From: Alphaproteobacteria bacterium
Lineage (GTDB): Bacteria > Pseudomonadota > Alphaproteobacteria > SP197
Assembly: GCA_965228895.1 (NCBI GenBank)
Contig: OZ245842.1
Span: 512,001-576,000, forward strand
Direction of reading: 5' to 3'
DNA: 64,000 bases
A program made the position numbers and the translations under genes. Shown here piece after piece: positions 18,987 through 28,843 of the stretch; within the stretch, counting starts at the first letter, position 1, and each line of letters starts with the position of its first letter. The notes below the pieces were generated by a model that saw only the letters and a program-made list of their open reading frames with translations, ran no database searches and was not told where the DNA came from.

Positions 18987-20087
18987 ATGACTATGCGGAC
19001 CAACAAGTTCAGGCATTCAGTAAGCCGACGTTCATTCTTGTCGGGCGCGGCCGGCGCCGCGTCGGTTGCGGCGACGGGTTCGCTTCTGCCGAGCCGGGCC
19101 CATGCCGCCGGCGAGCTCAACATTCTCGTTTGGTGCGATCACGCGGATTCGAAACTGCTCGAGCCTTTCGAGCAGGCGCACGACGTCAAGGTCAATGCCA
19201 AGACCTATGAGGGGACCGGCACCGCGCTTTCCATTCTCGAACAGTCGGCGCCGGGCGACTGGGACGTCATCGTTATCGACGCGCCCGATGTTCCGCAGGT
19301 CGCGGATCTCGGTATCCTGACCGAACTGTCGGATGACATCGCGCCGTGGAACGACATCTTCCCGCAATTGCGCGACGCCCCATACACGCGCGTCGACGGC
19401 AAGGTTTACGCGATCCCCGAAAAGTTCGGCTATTACGGCTTCTGCTACAACAAGGATGCCGTGGACGCGGCCGACGCCAAGAAAGGCGATATCGCCTGGA
19501 ACGAGAAGTACAAGGGCCGTATCGGCGTCTACGACTACTACTTCCCGGTCATACAGATGGTCGGGCTCTCAATGGGCAAGAAGCCGGCCGATATCACCGC
19601 CGATGACCTCGACGCTATTCGCGAGCGGCTGCTCGCCATGAAACCCAACGTCAAAATGATCGGCGATATCGTGAGCGTGCAGAATGCGCTCGTCACCGGA
19701 TCGGTCGATGTCATCGTCGGCGGCGCGGAGTTCGCCGTTTCCAATCTGATGCCGAGCAACCCGCAGCTTGACTGGGTGATCTCCGATGATGGTGGCCTGA
19801 TCTGGAACCAGGGCATCGGCATCTTGAGCGACAGCAACCGTCAGGATCTGGCGGCCGAGTTCATCAAGTGGATCATGAGCCCGAAAGGCCAGGGTCTGCT
19901 GGCGACGTCGGAGTGTTTCTGGGCGATGCCGGCCAACGAGACCGCTGAAATCTCCGATGCCGACAAAGCCAATCTGCGCTGGGACGATCAGGCTGACTTC
20001 CTCGCGCGGTCCGAGGTCTCCCTGTTGCCCGATGTCGAGATGGACGCGGCCATGCTCGATATCTGGACGGAGTTCCTGCAGTCCTAG
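18987..20087 (+). CDS. PotD/PotF-like ABC substrate-binding protein, Tat signal
   Basis: SRRSFL Tat motif, LNILVW, polyamine-binding fold features. GGGGAG RBS. Confidence 0.85.
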   Translation: MTMRTNKFRHSVSRRSFLSGAAGAASVAATGSLLPSRAHAAGELNILVWCDHADSKLLEPFEQAHDVKVNAKTYEGTGTALSILEQSAPGDWDVIVIDAPDVPQVADLGILTELSDDIAPWNDIFPQLRDAPYTRVDGKVYAIPEKFGYYGFCYNKDAVDAADAKKGDIAWNEKYKGRIGVYDYYFPVIQMVGLSMGKKPADITADDLDAIRERLLAMKPNVKMIGDIVSVQNALVTGSVDVIVGGAEFAVSNLMPSNPQLDWVISDDGGLIWNQGIGILSDSNRQDLAAEFIKWIMSPKGQGLLATSECFWAMPANETAEISDADKANLRWDDQADFLARSEVSLLPDVEMDAAMLDIWTEFLQS

Positions 20088-20200
20088 CTTTTGGGGGGCT
20101 GACTGTTGGACGAGCCCAATCTTAGGACGTTCGACGGGCCCGGCGCTTATCAGCGTCGGGCCGGCGTCGCGCGGATCAAACTGGTTGTGATCAGGTTTCG

Positions 20201-21097
20201 ATGACCAGCCGCGTCGACAGCGATGACCGGCGCGCCTTGGGTGATGTCGATAAGCTCGGGGGCCTCGCGCTGACGCGATGGATGGTCTATCCGGCGCTGA
20301 TCTTCTCTCTGTTGTTCTTCGTCACGCCGTTCCTGGTCATGGCGGCCGTCAGCCTGTGGCAGCGGCTTCGCGGGAAGCTTGAAGCCACATGGACGTTCGC
20401 CAACTACGAAAAGTTCTTCTCGCGCGACTACCTCGTCGAGGCATTGATCAATTCGATCGAGGTGACCGTGATAACCACGGTCGTCAGCATCGTGATCGCC
20501 TATCCGCTGGCCTACATCCTGGCTTATCGCGTTCCCGTCAGATGGCAGAAGGTGTTGCTGATACTCGCGATCCTGCCGTTCTGGACCGCTTATGTCGTGC
20601 GTTCGTACAGCTGGCTTCTGGTGCTGTCCGACAACGGCATCATCAACTCGTTCCTGATGTCGCTGGGCGTGATCGCCGAGCCCCTGACCCTGGCCTATAC
20701 GCGCGGCGCCACCATCCTTGGGTTTGTTCATTTCTTCACGATGCTTCTGACCCTGACGATCTATGCGAACCTGATTCAGATTCCGCGTTCCTACCGTCAT
20801 GCCGCGGCCGACCTGGGCGCTTCCTCCCTGCAGATCTTCCTGCGCGTCACACTGCCGCTCAGCATACCCGGTGTCGCCGTCGGTGCGTTTCTGACCTTCG
20901 TCATTACAATCGGTGACTACATCACGCCGCAGATCCTGGGCGGCAACACCGAGGTCCTGGTGCCCCAGGCCATCATTCTGCAGATCTCGCGCGCCGCTGA
21001 TTTCCCCATGGCGTCGGTGATGAGCGTGACACTCATGGTCGTCGTCACGGGCATCTATTTTGCCTGCGCGCGCTACCTCAAGATGGACCGGCTATGA
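20201..21097 (+). CDS. PotB-like ABC permease
   Basis: Hydrophobic; LPFWTAYVVRSYSW; AAADLGAS (EAA loop). Confidence 0.9.
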   Translation: MTSRVDSDDRRALGDVDKLGGLALTRWMVYPALIFSLLFFVTPFLVMAAVSLWQRLRGKLEATWTFANYEKFFSRDYLVEALINSIEVTVITTVVSIVIAYPLAYILAYRVPVRWQKVLLILAILPFWTAYVVRSYSWLLVLSDNGIINSFLMSLGVIAEPLTLAYTRGATILGFVHFFTMLLTLTIYANLIQIPRSYRHAAADLGASSLQIFLRVTLPLSIPGVAVGAFLTFVITIGDYITPQILGGNTEVLVPQAIILQISRAADFPMASVMSVTLMVVVTGIYFACARYLKMDRL

Positions 21098-21888
21098 TCA
21101 GGACGTGGCTCGGACAAAGCGCGGCCGGCGCCTATCTGCTGCTGGGCCTCGCCTTCATCTATCTGCCGGTGGTTATCCTGGTTCTGTTTTCCTTCCAGGA
21201 TGGCGACCTGCCGGTGCCGCCGTTCGAAGGGGTAAGTCTGCAGTGGTACGACAAGCTGTTCGCCAACGAACGCCTGCTCGATGCCCTCATCAACTCGGTC
21301 ATTGTCGCGGTGCTGTCGGGTGCGGCCACCACCTTGCTCGGTTTCCTGGCAGCCTACAGTCTGTCCAGGTCGCCGGTGCGCTTTGAAGGCGCCGCGCGCT
21401 TCCTGTTGATCGCGCCGATCACCGTGTCCTATCTGATCATCGGCATGGGCCTGCTCACGACGTTCAGCGTGGTCGGCATCTCAAAGTCGCTCTTCGCGGT
21501 CGGTATCGGCCATGTCGTGATCAACCTGCCGCTTGCCTTTGCGATTATCTATTCGCAGATGAGCGAGCGTCACAAAAACATCGACGCGGCGGCCCATGAT
21601 CTCGGCGCCAGCGACCTGCAGACGATCCTGCTTGTCTCCGCACCGATGATGAAAGTGCCGCTGATCGCGTCTTTCTGCTTGGCCGCGACGCTATCATGGG
21701 ACGAATTCATCATCGCGTTCTTGCTGAGCAGCTTCGAGGTCACGTTGCCGGTCATTATCTTCGAAATGCTGCGGGCCGGTCTGACGCCGGAGGTCAATGC
21801 GGCGGGAACGCTTGTTTTCGCTATCTCACTCACGATCATCATGATCGCAGCGGCCGCTTTGTTGTTCAGGCGGGGGGATGAACGATGA
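21094..21888 (+). CDS. PotC-like ABC permease
   Basis: FIYLPV, AAAHDLGAS, LSWDEF, PEVNAA. Confidence 0.9.
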   Translation: MIRTWLGQSAAGAYLLLGLAFIYLPVVILVLFSFQDGDLPVPPFEGVSLQWYDKLFANERLLDALINSVIVAVLSGAATTLLGFLAAYSLSRSPVRFEGAARFLLIAPITVSYLIIGMGLLTTFSVVGISKSLFAVGIGHVVINLPLAFAIIYSQMSERHKNIDAAAHDLGASDLQTILLVSAPMMKVPLIASFCLAATLSWDEFIIAFLLSSFEVTLPVIIFEMLRAGLTPEVNAAGTLVFAISLTIIMIAAAALLFRRGDER

Positions 21889-22955
21889 ACGACAGCCTTG
21901 TCGCCTTAAAAAATGTCCGAAAGAGCTACGGCGAGCTCGTCGCGCTGAACGACGTCGACCTCTCGATCGATCAGGGACAGTTTGTCGTCCTGCTTGGTCC
22001 CTCGGGCAGCGGCAAAACGACGCTGCTGTCGATCCTCGGCGGTTTTACCACGCCGACGTCGGGCGAGGTGTGGATCGATGGGCAGGACGTGACGACCACG
22101 CCGCCCGCGCAACGCCCGACCGTCACGGTATTTCAGGACTATGCGCTTTTTCCGCATATGACGGTCAGCGAGAATGTCGGTTTCGGTCTGGCCATGCGCA
22201 GGGTTCCACGGGGGCAGCGCAAACAACGGGTCGAGAGTGTTCTGGAAACCGTCGGGCTTCACGATCTCGGTGGCCGCCGGATTGACCAGCTTTCCGGCGG
22301 CCAGCGCCAGCGTGTCGCGCTGGCGCGCGCCATCGTTGTTGAGCCGGCGGTTCTGCTCCTCGACGAACCCCTGGGCGCGTTGGACCTTAAGATCCGGCAG
22401 CAGATGCAGGAGGAACTGGTCGAGCTGCAGCGCCGGATCGAGACGACGTTTGTGCACGTCACCCACGATCAGGAGGAGGCCATGAACGTGGCCGACGTCG
22501 TCGTCGTGATCAACAAAGGCGCCATCGAGGACGTCGGACCGCCGGAGCGCGTCTATCTGCGCCCGGCCAGCCTGTTCACAGCGACGTTCATGGGCGACAG
22601 CAACATTCTAAGCGGCAAATCGATCGCATCGAATGGCGTTCAGGCGACGATCGACACGCCTTTGGGCGCCATCGTGGTCGACGGTCATATTGACGTCGGT
22701 ACGACCGCGCACCTATCCGTCCGGCCGGAGCAGATCAAGGTCGGTGCGGCGCAGTCTGACGACATGCTCAGTCTGGGTGACGCTCAGATATCGACCATGG
22801 TCTTTCAGGGCGCCCATCGGCGCTGCCACGCCCGGCTCGGGCCAAATCAAGACGTCGACTTGCTGTTATACGTACCGCCTGAGCAGGACTTGACGCCGGG
22901 CCAATCGGTCTCCATTCAGGTGCGCGCCGCCGACATCGTGCTCTTGCGGGATTGA
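21885..22955 (+). CDS. PotA-like ABC ATPase
   Basis: GPSGSGKT, LSGGQRQR, LLLDEP, THDQEEA. Confidence 0.93.
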   Translation: MNDSLVALKNVRKSYGELVALNDVDLSIDQGQFVVLLGPSGSGKTTLLSILGGFTTPTSGEVWIDGQDVTTTPPAQRPTVTVFQDYALFPHMTVSENVGFGLAMRRVPRGQRKQRVESVLETVGLHDLGGRRIDQLSGGQRQRVALARAIVVEPAVLLLDEPLGALDLKIRQQMQEELVELQRRIETTFVHVTHDQEEAMNVADVVVVINKGAIEDVGPPERVYLRPASLFTATFMGDSNILSGKSIASNGVQATIDTPLGAIVVDGHIDVGTTAHLSVRPEQIKVGAAQSDDMLSLGDAQISTMVFQGAHRRCHARLGPNQDVDLLLYVPPEQDLTPGQSVSIQVRAADIVLLRD

Positions 22956-23018
22956 TGGCCTGTGGGCCGCGTTCGGCTGCCTCGGAAGGATGACGGTGAG
23001 TAGCTTCAAAGGTCGTAA

Positions 23019-23636
23019 GTGATGGTAATGACGCAGGACAACAAACGGAATGCGACGGCCGAAGCGCTACTGGAGGTGGCGCTCGAACTCTTTTCCACGC
23101 GGGGATATGCGGATGTCACGATCCAGGAGATCGCGCAGAGGACGAACACGACCTATTCGCTGACATACTACTATTTCAAGAACAAAGAAGAGCTGTTCCA
23201 CGCGGCCGTCGCTTATTCCATCGATCAGGCGATCGAGAATTACAAGCAACTGGAAGGGCGTCACAGCTCGCCCGTCGAACTGATTGACGACTGGTTTGAC
23301 AGCAACATCACCTACGCGGAATCGCTAAAGCGCGCCGTTAAGATCATGTTCGAGTTCTCCGAGAAGCGAGACGGGTCGCCTTCAGTCGCGAGCTATGTCG
23401 AGTACTTCTATGAGTTCGAACGTAGTCTTCTGGCCGATTGCCTGCGGCGTGGTGTCGAGCAGGGTATGTTTGAGTGCGCGTCGCCCGAGTCCACGGCGGC
23501 TTTTATCTCAACGCACATTGACGGCATTTTTCATGGTGCTCTTGTCCGTCCTGGTTTGAACATCGAAGCGGCGATGTCGGAGTTGAAGACCGTCCTCTGG
23601 CAACTTCTCAAGTTCGAACCGCCAAAGGAGCACTAG
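23019..23636 (+). CDS. TetR-family regulator
   Basis: LFSTRGYADVTIQEIA..YYYFKNKEELF HTH. Confidence 0.9.
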   Translation: MMVMTQDNKRNATAEALLEVALELFSTRGYADVTIQEIAQRTNTTYSLTYYYFKNKEELFHAAVAYSIDQAIENYKQLEGRHSSPVELIDDWFDSNITYAESLKRAVKIMFEFSEKRDGSPSVASYVEYFYEFERSLLADCLRRGVEQGMFECASPESTAAFISTHIDGIFHGALVRPGLNIEAAMSELKTVLWQLLKFEPPKEH

Positions 23637-24103
23637 TTGGCATTCAGTCACGAGCCCGACAAGCGAAACTCAAAACGGCAGGCCAAGACGCTTGAGGGTT
23701 TCCGCCTTTGCGGCGTAGCCCATTTCGTTTGGCTGGATTGTTCTCCTGACGCATCAAGGAACATCGCTGATCGGACGACGACAGACCTAATTCGATTGGG
23801 TAGGGAGGTTCCAGCTCCGCCATTGAAACAGCGCCAGGAACTTACCCAACAAACCAAAGGTCTGACAGGAAACGTGATATCTCTCAGATCGTTGCCGATT
23901 TGCGGGTGATCCAGTTGGATACGGGTTGGCAGTTAGCCCAATCCACGTCTTTCCACCGTGCATATCATGGCTCTCGGGGAAGAGGGATCTGGATGTGGCG
24001 TGCTCGTACTGGCTTTCGCAACGATCGCTTCTGACTCTGGACATCCGCTATCGATCGAACGGGACGACGCTGCTTAGGTCGTGTTGGATTTTTCCCGGTT
24101 TTT

Positions 24104-24936
24104 CTAACTCGACCTTCCTCCCGTCCCCCGTAAACGGGCGACCTTGCTGAGAAGGTCGAACCAGAAAGGCGCCCCCAGGCTGATAGCGGCGACCGTGATG
24201 GCCCAACCCAGAACTGTCTTGAGCCATTCCACAAGTCCGACCGGCGGTTCGTTCCACCCAATTGGAAACATCTCTAGCCTTTGCAGGGTATCCGTCATCT
24301 CCTCGTTTGATGTCGTTGAGTCCGCAACCACTTCTGCTTGGGCTGCGAGCTGCGTGCGCAAGGCATCATTACTCCAGAGCTGTTCGACAAGGTGTATGGA
24401 GCTGGCGTTCGTCGCGATCGTGACGGCCGTGGCGATGACAAAGATGATCACCTTGACGTGCCGGGCATACCATCCAGACATCCTCGTCATACCCCCATCA
24501 AACCATGAGGCCAGGCGGTCTTTGAAACGTTGGCCACGTCTTCGCCTTGTGTCAGCCAAACGTCGAGGATGTTCTTAATCGGGTTATCGGTTTCGATCTT
24601 TCCGATGACGTCGCGAACTTCGTCTGCCGTACACGCCACGTATGATTTCTCGGCGTTATCCCTGGCAGTCAACTCGAGGAGAACGGTGCTCAGAGTCTCC
24701 GGTGCAATGTATGACGGCAGCTTGCCGTCTTTGGCCGGGTTCCCAATCAACGGATGGCGGTAGACCCTTTGAGCTTACTGATCACCGTCCAACCGCCTGA
24801 TACCGGCGTTGAGGTTTTTGGACCTCGGTCCATACATGCTGGCAATCCATTCCTGAACGGAGGATGCGACCAAACTCAGCACGATATAGAAAAGAATGGT
24901 GCCGAGGGCGATGTCGATAGCGGGATGATCAAGCAT
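24104..24936 (-). pseudogene. Disrupted membrane protein (SLGAPFWFDLL-type hypothetical family)
   Basis: ATG 24936 MLDHPAIDIALGTILFYIVLSLVASSVQEW; in-frame TAA at 24775-24777; frameshift near 24530 into the WFDGGM..SLGAPFWFDLL frame. Confidence 0.7.
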
Positions 24937-25129
24937 CTTGGTCTCCATCAATGTCTGCTCGAACCTTAGGAAACGTTCTTCACAACGTGGTGCTTGCGGC
25001 CCAGAACCGTCTATCCCGTGCTGAAGACAGCATGTGTCAGGTCGTCATTACGGCTGTGCACTCGTTTGGCGCTCCAGGATCATGGCGTCTACCTGGGCCA
25101 GATTGCTTCGTAACTCTTCCGCATGGTCG

Positions 25130-25365
25130 TCGGTGTTGTCCGCGTCGGCGTAGAAGTGCTGACCCAAGGCTGTTTTGCGCTGCCGCCCAGTAGAACGGCA
25201 CGCGCTCCAGGGTCTACTCTTCCAAGGTCGCCTGAAATGCCGACACGGCATCTTCAGCGTGAGCCGAGTCGCCGCTTCGCCCGCCCAGCGCCGTCAGCGC
25301 GTTGCCCAAATTGTTCTGCGCCATCGCCCAGTCGAGCGGCAGGCGGTCACGCGGATCAATACACA
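25130..25365 (-). pseudogene. TPR-repeat protein fragment
   Basis: Minus strand reads RDRLPLDWAMAQNNLGNAL..LEE*TLERVPFYWAAAQNSLGSAL, with an internal stop. Ends approximate. Confidence 0.65.
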
Positions 25366-25403
25366 ATGGCCCAAGTCTAGGGGGCTAGGACACGGCGAGA
25401 TAC

Positions 25404-25513
25404 TTCCCTGACGAGCTGAGTTGCTTCCCTGTTAACAGGGAAGTTTCGACAAAGATGGGCTCGCAGTGGACTGCCCGTGCCACCAATTTCCCATAGTGCA
25501 GATTATGGCATGA
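25404..25513. mobile_element. Element-end remnant with dif-like site (copy B)
   Basis: Palindrome TTCCCTGTTAACAGGGAA (25425-25442), GACTGCCCGTGCCACCA, then ATTTCCCATAG-TGCAGA-TTATGGCATGA (25486-25513). Confidence 0.6.
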
Positions 25514-25769
25514 TGCGCGAAGGCTATGGTTTGCGGCGATGGTTGAGTTGAATTTTGGGAACCAACGGCGGACGATTTTGTATGAGCCGTCGATGCCGTG
25601 TTCGGCCCGCATCATCTCGACGTTACGCAGGGACAACGCGAAACTGGCATAGAGCCAGAGCGTGTCGGGGATGACCTGAGGTGAGGGTTGATGTCGGCTG
25701 TGCGAGATGTCTTGCATCTGACGGCAGCAGCAGCCGATCGTTGCGGCAGCTCGTTAGTGTGACATTGCC
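25514..25769 (-). mobile_element. IS6-family remnant (one terminal repeat and degraded transposase N-terminus)
   Basis: LWLYASFALSLRNVEMMRAEHGIDGSYKIVRRWFPKF resembles IS6 transposase N-termini. GGCAATGTCACAC end at 25769. Confidence 0.75.
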
Positions 25770-25793
25770 TCGAACCAATCTTAGCATAAGACC

Positions 25794-26720
25794 ATGCCAA
25801 TTCTGCTCCCAGACTTTCCTTCGTTCAGCTCACTGGTTGCTTTGGACAGTGTCGTGCGGACCGGAAGCTTCGCGGCGGCGGGGCGCGAGCTTCATGTCAG
25901 CGAGGTCGCGATAAATCGGAAGGTCGCCGAACTGGAAGCATGGCTCGGCACAGATCTGGTTGTCCGTCGACGGCCGCGAATTGTGGTAACGGACGATGCC
26001 AAGGCGATTGCATCGGTGTTTCGAAACGAAACGCAAAAGATTCGCGATGAACTCAGCCGCATTCGACGTCTCAAGAGATCCACCAATCGCGTGACCGTCT
26101 ATGTGTCGACGGCATTCTCGCTTTTTTGGTTGTCTCCTCGAATTCACCGCTTGCATGACCAACATCCGAACCTTGAACTCAACATCGTATCAAACGTTCG
26201 CTCAGACCGTTTCGACCCCGAAGAATGCGACATGGCCATCGTCTATACGGACCAAGAGATAGATGGATTCGAGAATATTCTGCTTTTTCATGATGACATC
26301 GTCCCGGTCGCTAGCCCCCAATATTTGAAATCTCGCAAGAGGCGCAAGCATTGTGGCGATTTCTCCCAAGACACCCTTTTATGCCTCGCCAAAAGCAACA
26401 GTCTGTTTGTCGATTGGGATTTCTGGTTCGAAGCCACCGGTTACGTTGGTCAACCCGGTCAACACCGCGAAGTCTTCAACGATTATGGGCCGATGATCAT
26501 GGCTGCCATCGAAGGCATCGGCGTTGCGATGGGATTTCGTCGGGGTATCGCGCTGGCGATCGAGGATCATCGGCTTGTTGAAGTCGTAAACACGAGCGTC
26601 CCTGCGCCCGGCGACTACAGACTTTTGGTCAGTAAGAAAAGAAAACGTAATTCACCCGAAACGGTGGCTGTGTTTCGCGACTGGATCATCGGCGAAGCTC
26701 GCAAGGGTTCTGAAACATAA
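25794..26720 (+). CDS. LysR-family regulator (GcvA-like)
   Basis: GSFAAAGRELHVSEVAINRKVAELE; FWLSPRI; AAIEGIGVAM. Confidence 0.88.
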   Translation: MPILLPDFPSFSSLVALDSVVRTGSFAAAGRELHVSEVAINRKVAELEAWLGTDLVVRRRPRIVVTDDAKAIASVFRNETQKIRDELSRIRRLKRSTNRVTVYVSTAFSLFWLSPRIHRLHDQHPNLELNIVSNVRSDRFDPEECDMAIVYTDQEIDGFENILLFHDDIVPVASPQYLKSRKRRKHCGDFSQDTLLCLAKSNSLFVDWDFWFEATGYVGQPGQHREVFNDYGPMIMAAIEGIGVAMGFRRGIALAIEDHRLVEVVNTSVPAPGDYRLLVSKKRKRNSPETVAVFRDWIIGEARKGSET

Positions 26721-27035
26721 ACCCGAGTTGTTCCGGCGTGCTGTGACCACACCTCTGGAGCTTCGAAATTTTATCCCGCCCCTCAACAGCGGTCCGGATC
26801 AATCCGAACGTCAAGTTGCGTCATAAGAACCAATCAGTAGATTTTCGCGTCCCATCATATCTGCAACCGTATGACGGCTCGGCGCTAATGCGCCTAAGCA
26901 CCACGACGCAGTCTTGGCGATATCGGAATCACCGATGCATCGCGCTGGACCTGGCGGAGACCAGGCACGGGCGTTTTTCGTCCGGCTACGTCGGGGATTA
27001 CGGCAAGCAGGCCATCCAAGCGGAAGGGAACAGTC

Positions 27036-28313
27036 ATGCCACTTGGCAACACAACGCTGGCAAGCAAGACCTACCCTCACCGCGACGCCCTGTCCCATCG
27101 AGCGTCGGGCATGTCCCTAAAGGACAACGAGCCACAAGCAGACATGAACCGCATGCGCCAGTACAGACTTGGGCGCCTACAAGAACAAATCCGAGATATG
27201 GAGTATGCGGGGGCTCTGCTTTTTGACCCGGTCAATGTTCGCTATGCGACGGGCATCAGCAGCTATGCTGTCTACGGGCTGCACAATCCGCTTCGATGTG
27301 TCTTCGTGCCACCCGACGGGCGCTGCACACTGTTTGATCATGACAATCTGGAGTACTTCGGAGAGCAGCTTGGCATTTTTGATGACGTTAGAAACATGCC
27401 GACGCTTTCGTTCTTCTACTACGGAAACTTGCTTCAAGAAGCAGCCGACAAGTTCGCCCAAGACGTAGAGGTTCTGGTCAGCGACAGAGGGGCGGGAAAC
27501 AACAGGATTGCGATCGATCGTTTCGAGCCTTCGTTGGCGCGCGGGTTCTCACATACGAACCTTGAGATCTGCGATGCACAGGAGCCCGTCGAAAGAGCGC
27601 GTTCGGTAAAATCGGATGACGAAATCCACTGTATTCTGCACGCCATTTCCATCGCCGAAGAAGCACTCGGTGAAATCCGTCGTGCGTTGAAACCTGGCGT
27701 TACCGAAAATGAAATGGCGGCTCTTCTTCAATACGTTAATGTCAAGAACGGCGGTGAGTGGAGCGAGTACAAACTGATCTCTTCGGGCGGGCGCACCAAC
27801 CCATGGGGCCAGGAAGCAACGGATAGAAAAATTCGGTCGGGCGAACTCCTCATCGTGGATACGGGCATGGTCGGTCCTCTGGGGTACTTCGCCGATCTGA
27901 CCCGAACCTTCATCTGCGAACCATGTAGTCCCACGACAGAGCAGAAACGCCTCTACGCCATCGCCCTCGAGAACATTGAATACAACATGGCCGTCATCAA
28001 ACCGGGAATGACGTTCACCGAATTCTCCCATGCGTGTTGGGAGCTGCCGGAAGAGTTTACTGGAGACCGGTATCCAACGCCGCTGCACGCCGTGGGCATG
28101 CGGGGTGAATGGCCGATGTTGTGTTATCCGATCGACTTGCATGAGCGCGGTCATGAAGGGGTGATCGAAGCCGGCATGATCCTCTCGGTCGAGAGCTACA
28201 TCGGTGCGACCGATGGGACAGAGGGCGTAAAGCTTGAAGAGCAGGTTCTGGTGACAGATGGCGGAATTCAACGGCTCTCGACGTTCCCCTATGAAGCGTT
28301 GTTGATGGCTTGA
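27036..28313 (+). CDS. M24 (Xaa-Pro peptidase fold) enzyme, DddP-like
   Basis: MRQYRLGR, LFDPVNVRYATG, SSGGRTNPWGQE, ADLTRT, HAVG, VESY, KLEEQV. Start uncertain. Confidence 0.78.
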   Translation: MPLGNTTLASKTYPHRDALSHRASGMSLKDNEPQADMNRMRQYRLGRLQEQIRDMEYAGALLFDPVNVRYATGISSYAVYGLHNPLRCVFVPPDGRCTLFDHDNLEYFGEQLGIFDDVRNMPTLSFFYYGNLLQEAADKFAQDVEVLVSDRGAGNNRIAIDRFEPSLARGFSHTNLEICDAQEPVERARSVKSDDEIHCILHAISIAEEALGEIRRALKPGVTENEMAALLQYVNVKNGGEWSEYKLISSGGRTNPWGQEATDRKIRSGELLIVDTGMVGPLGYFADLTRTFICEPCSPTTEQKRLYAIALENIEYNMAVIKPGMTFTEFSHACWELPEEFTGDRYPTPLHAVGMRGEWPMLCYPIDLHERGHEGVIEAGMILSVESYIGATDGTEGVKLEEQVLVTDGGIQRLSTFPYEALLMA

Positions 28314-28476
28314 TCACGACACAGGCGACGCACCTTGTCACAAGCTCGAACGCACGACATGGGCTACTGGGCCTGTCGTGCGGCGCTACGCAATGACGTG
28401 GGTCGTGTCGCGCCATCCGGCGAATGTGTCGCTCCTTCTGGCGCGGTGCTCGGGCTCAGGTCCCTTGATATGTGAA

Positions 28477-28513
28477 TTGACTCCTAAGAAATATTATTTA
28501 TGATTGATCAATG
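28477..28513 (+). promoter_or_regulatory. Candidate promoter with overlapping operator-like box
   Basis: TTGACT -16 nt- TATGAT. TATTTATGATTGATCAATG resembles the boxes at 33519 and 36485. Confidence 0.45.
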
Positions 28514-28843
28514 CAGGTGTTTTTGACCCGAACGTCTTCAAGCTGGATCGCGTTTGGCGCTCTGCCGACAGAATCGTTGGAAAAACGGAAGTCGAAATCA
28601 TGCGCAATTTGATGATCGGACCGGTCTAGAGGCTTGCAGCTAAGGATCCGACGTCGTGATGCGGTTCATCGCATGCCCGGCAAGTATTGGATCGTCTTGT
28701 CTGGAGTCCGAAGACCAAAGCGGGATCGTTTCGAACCGGTCGACAGCACGGTCTGCGCATAACGCGTGCGGCCCTGAACAGTGACGTTGCCGATGCGACC
28801 GGTCATCGGCCAACCCATAAAACACCATAGAAGGAGACGCAAA

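Noticed and set aside
23637-24100. Short ORFs or IS end after tetR
   Set aside because: No recognisable product or terminal repeat that I can support.
28514-28843. Riboswitch in the long leader of the SBP gene
   Set aside because: No known aptamer consensus or clear terminator recognised.
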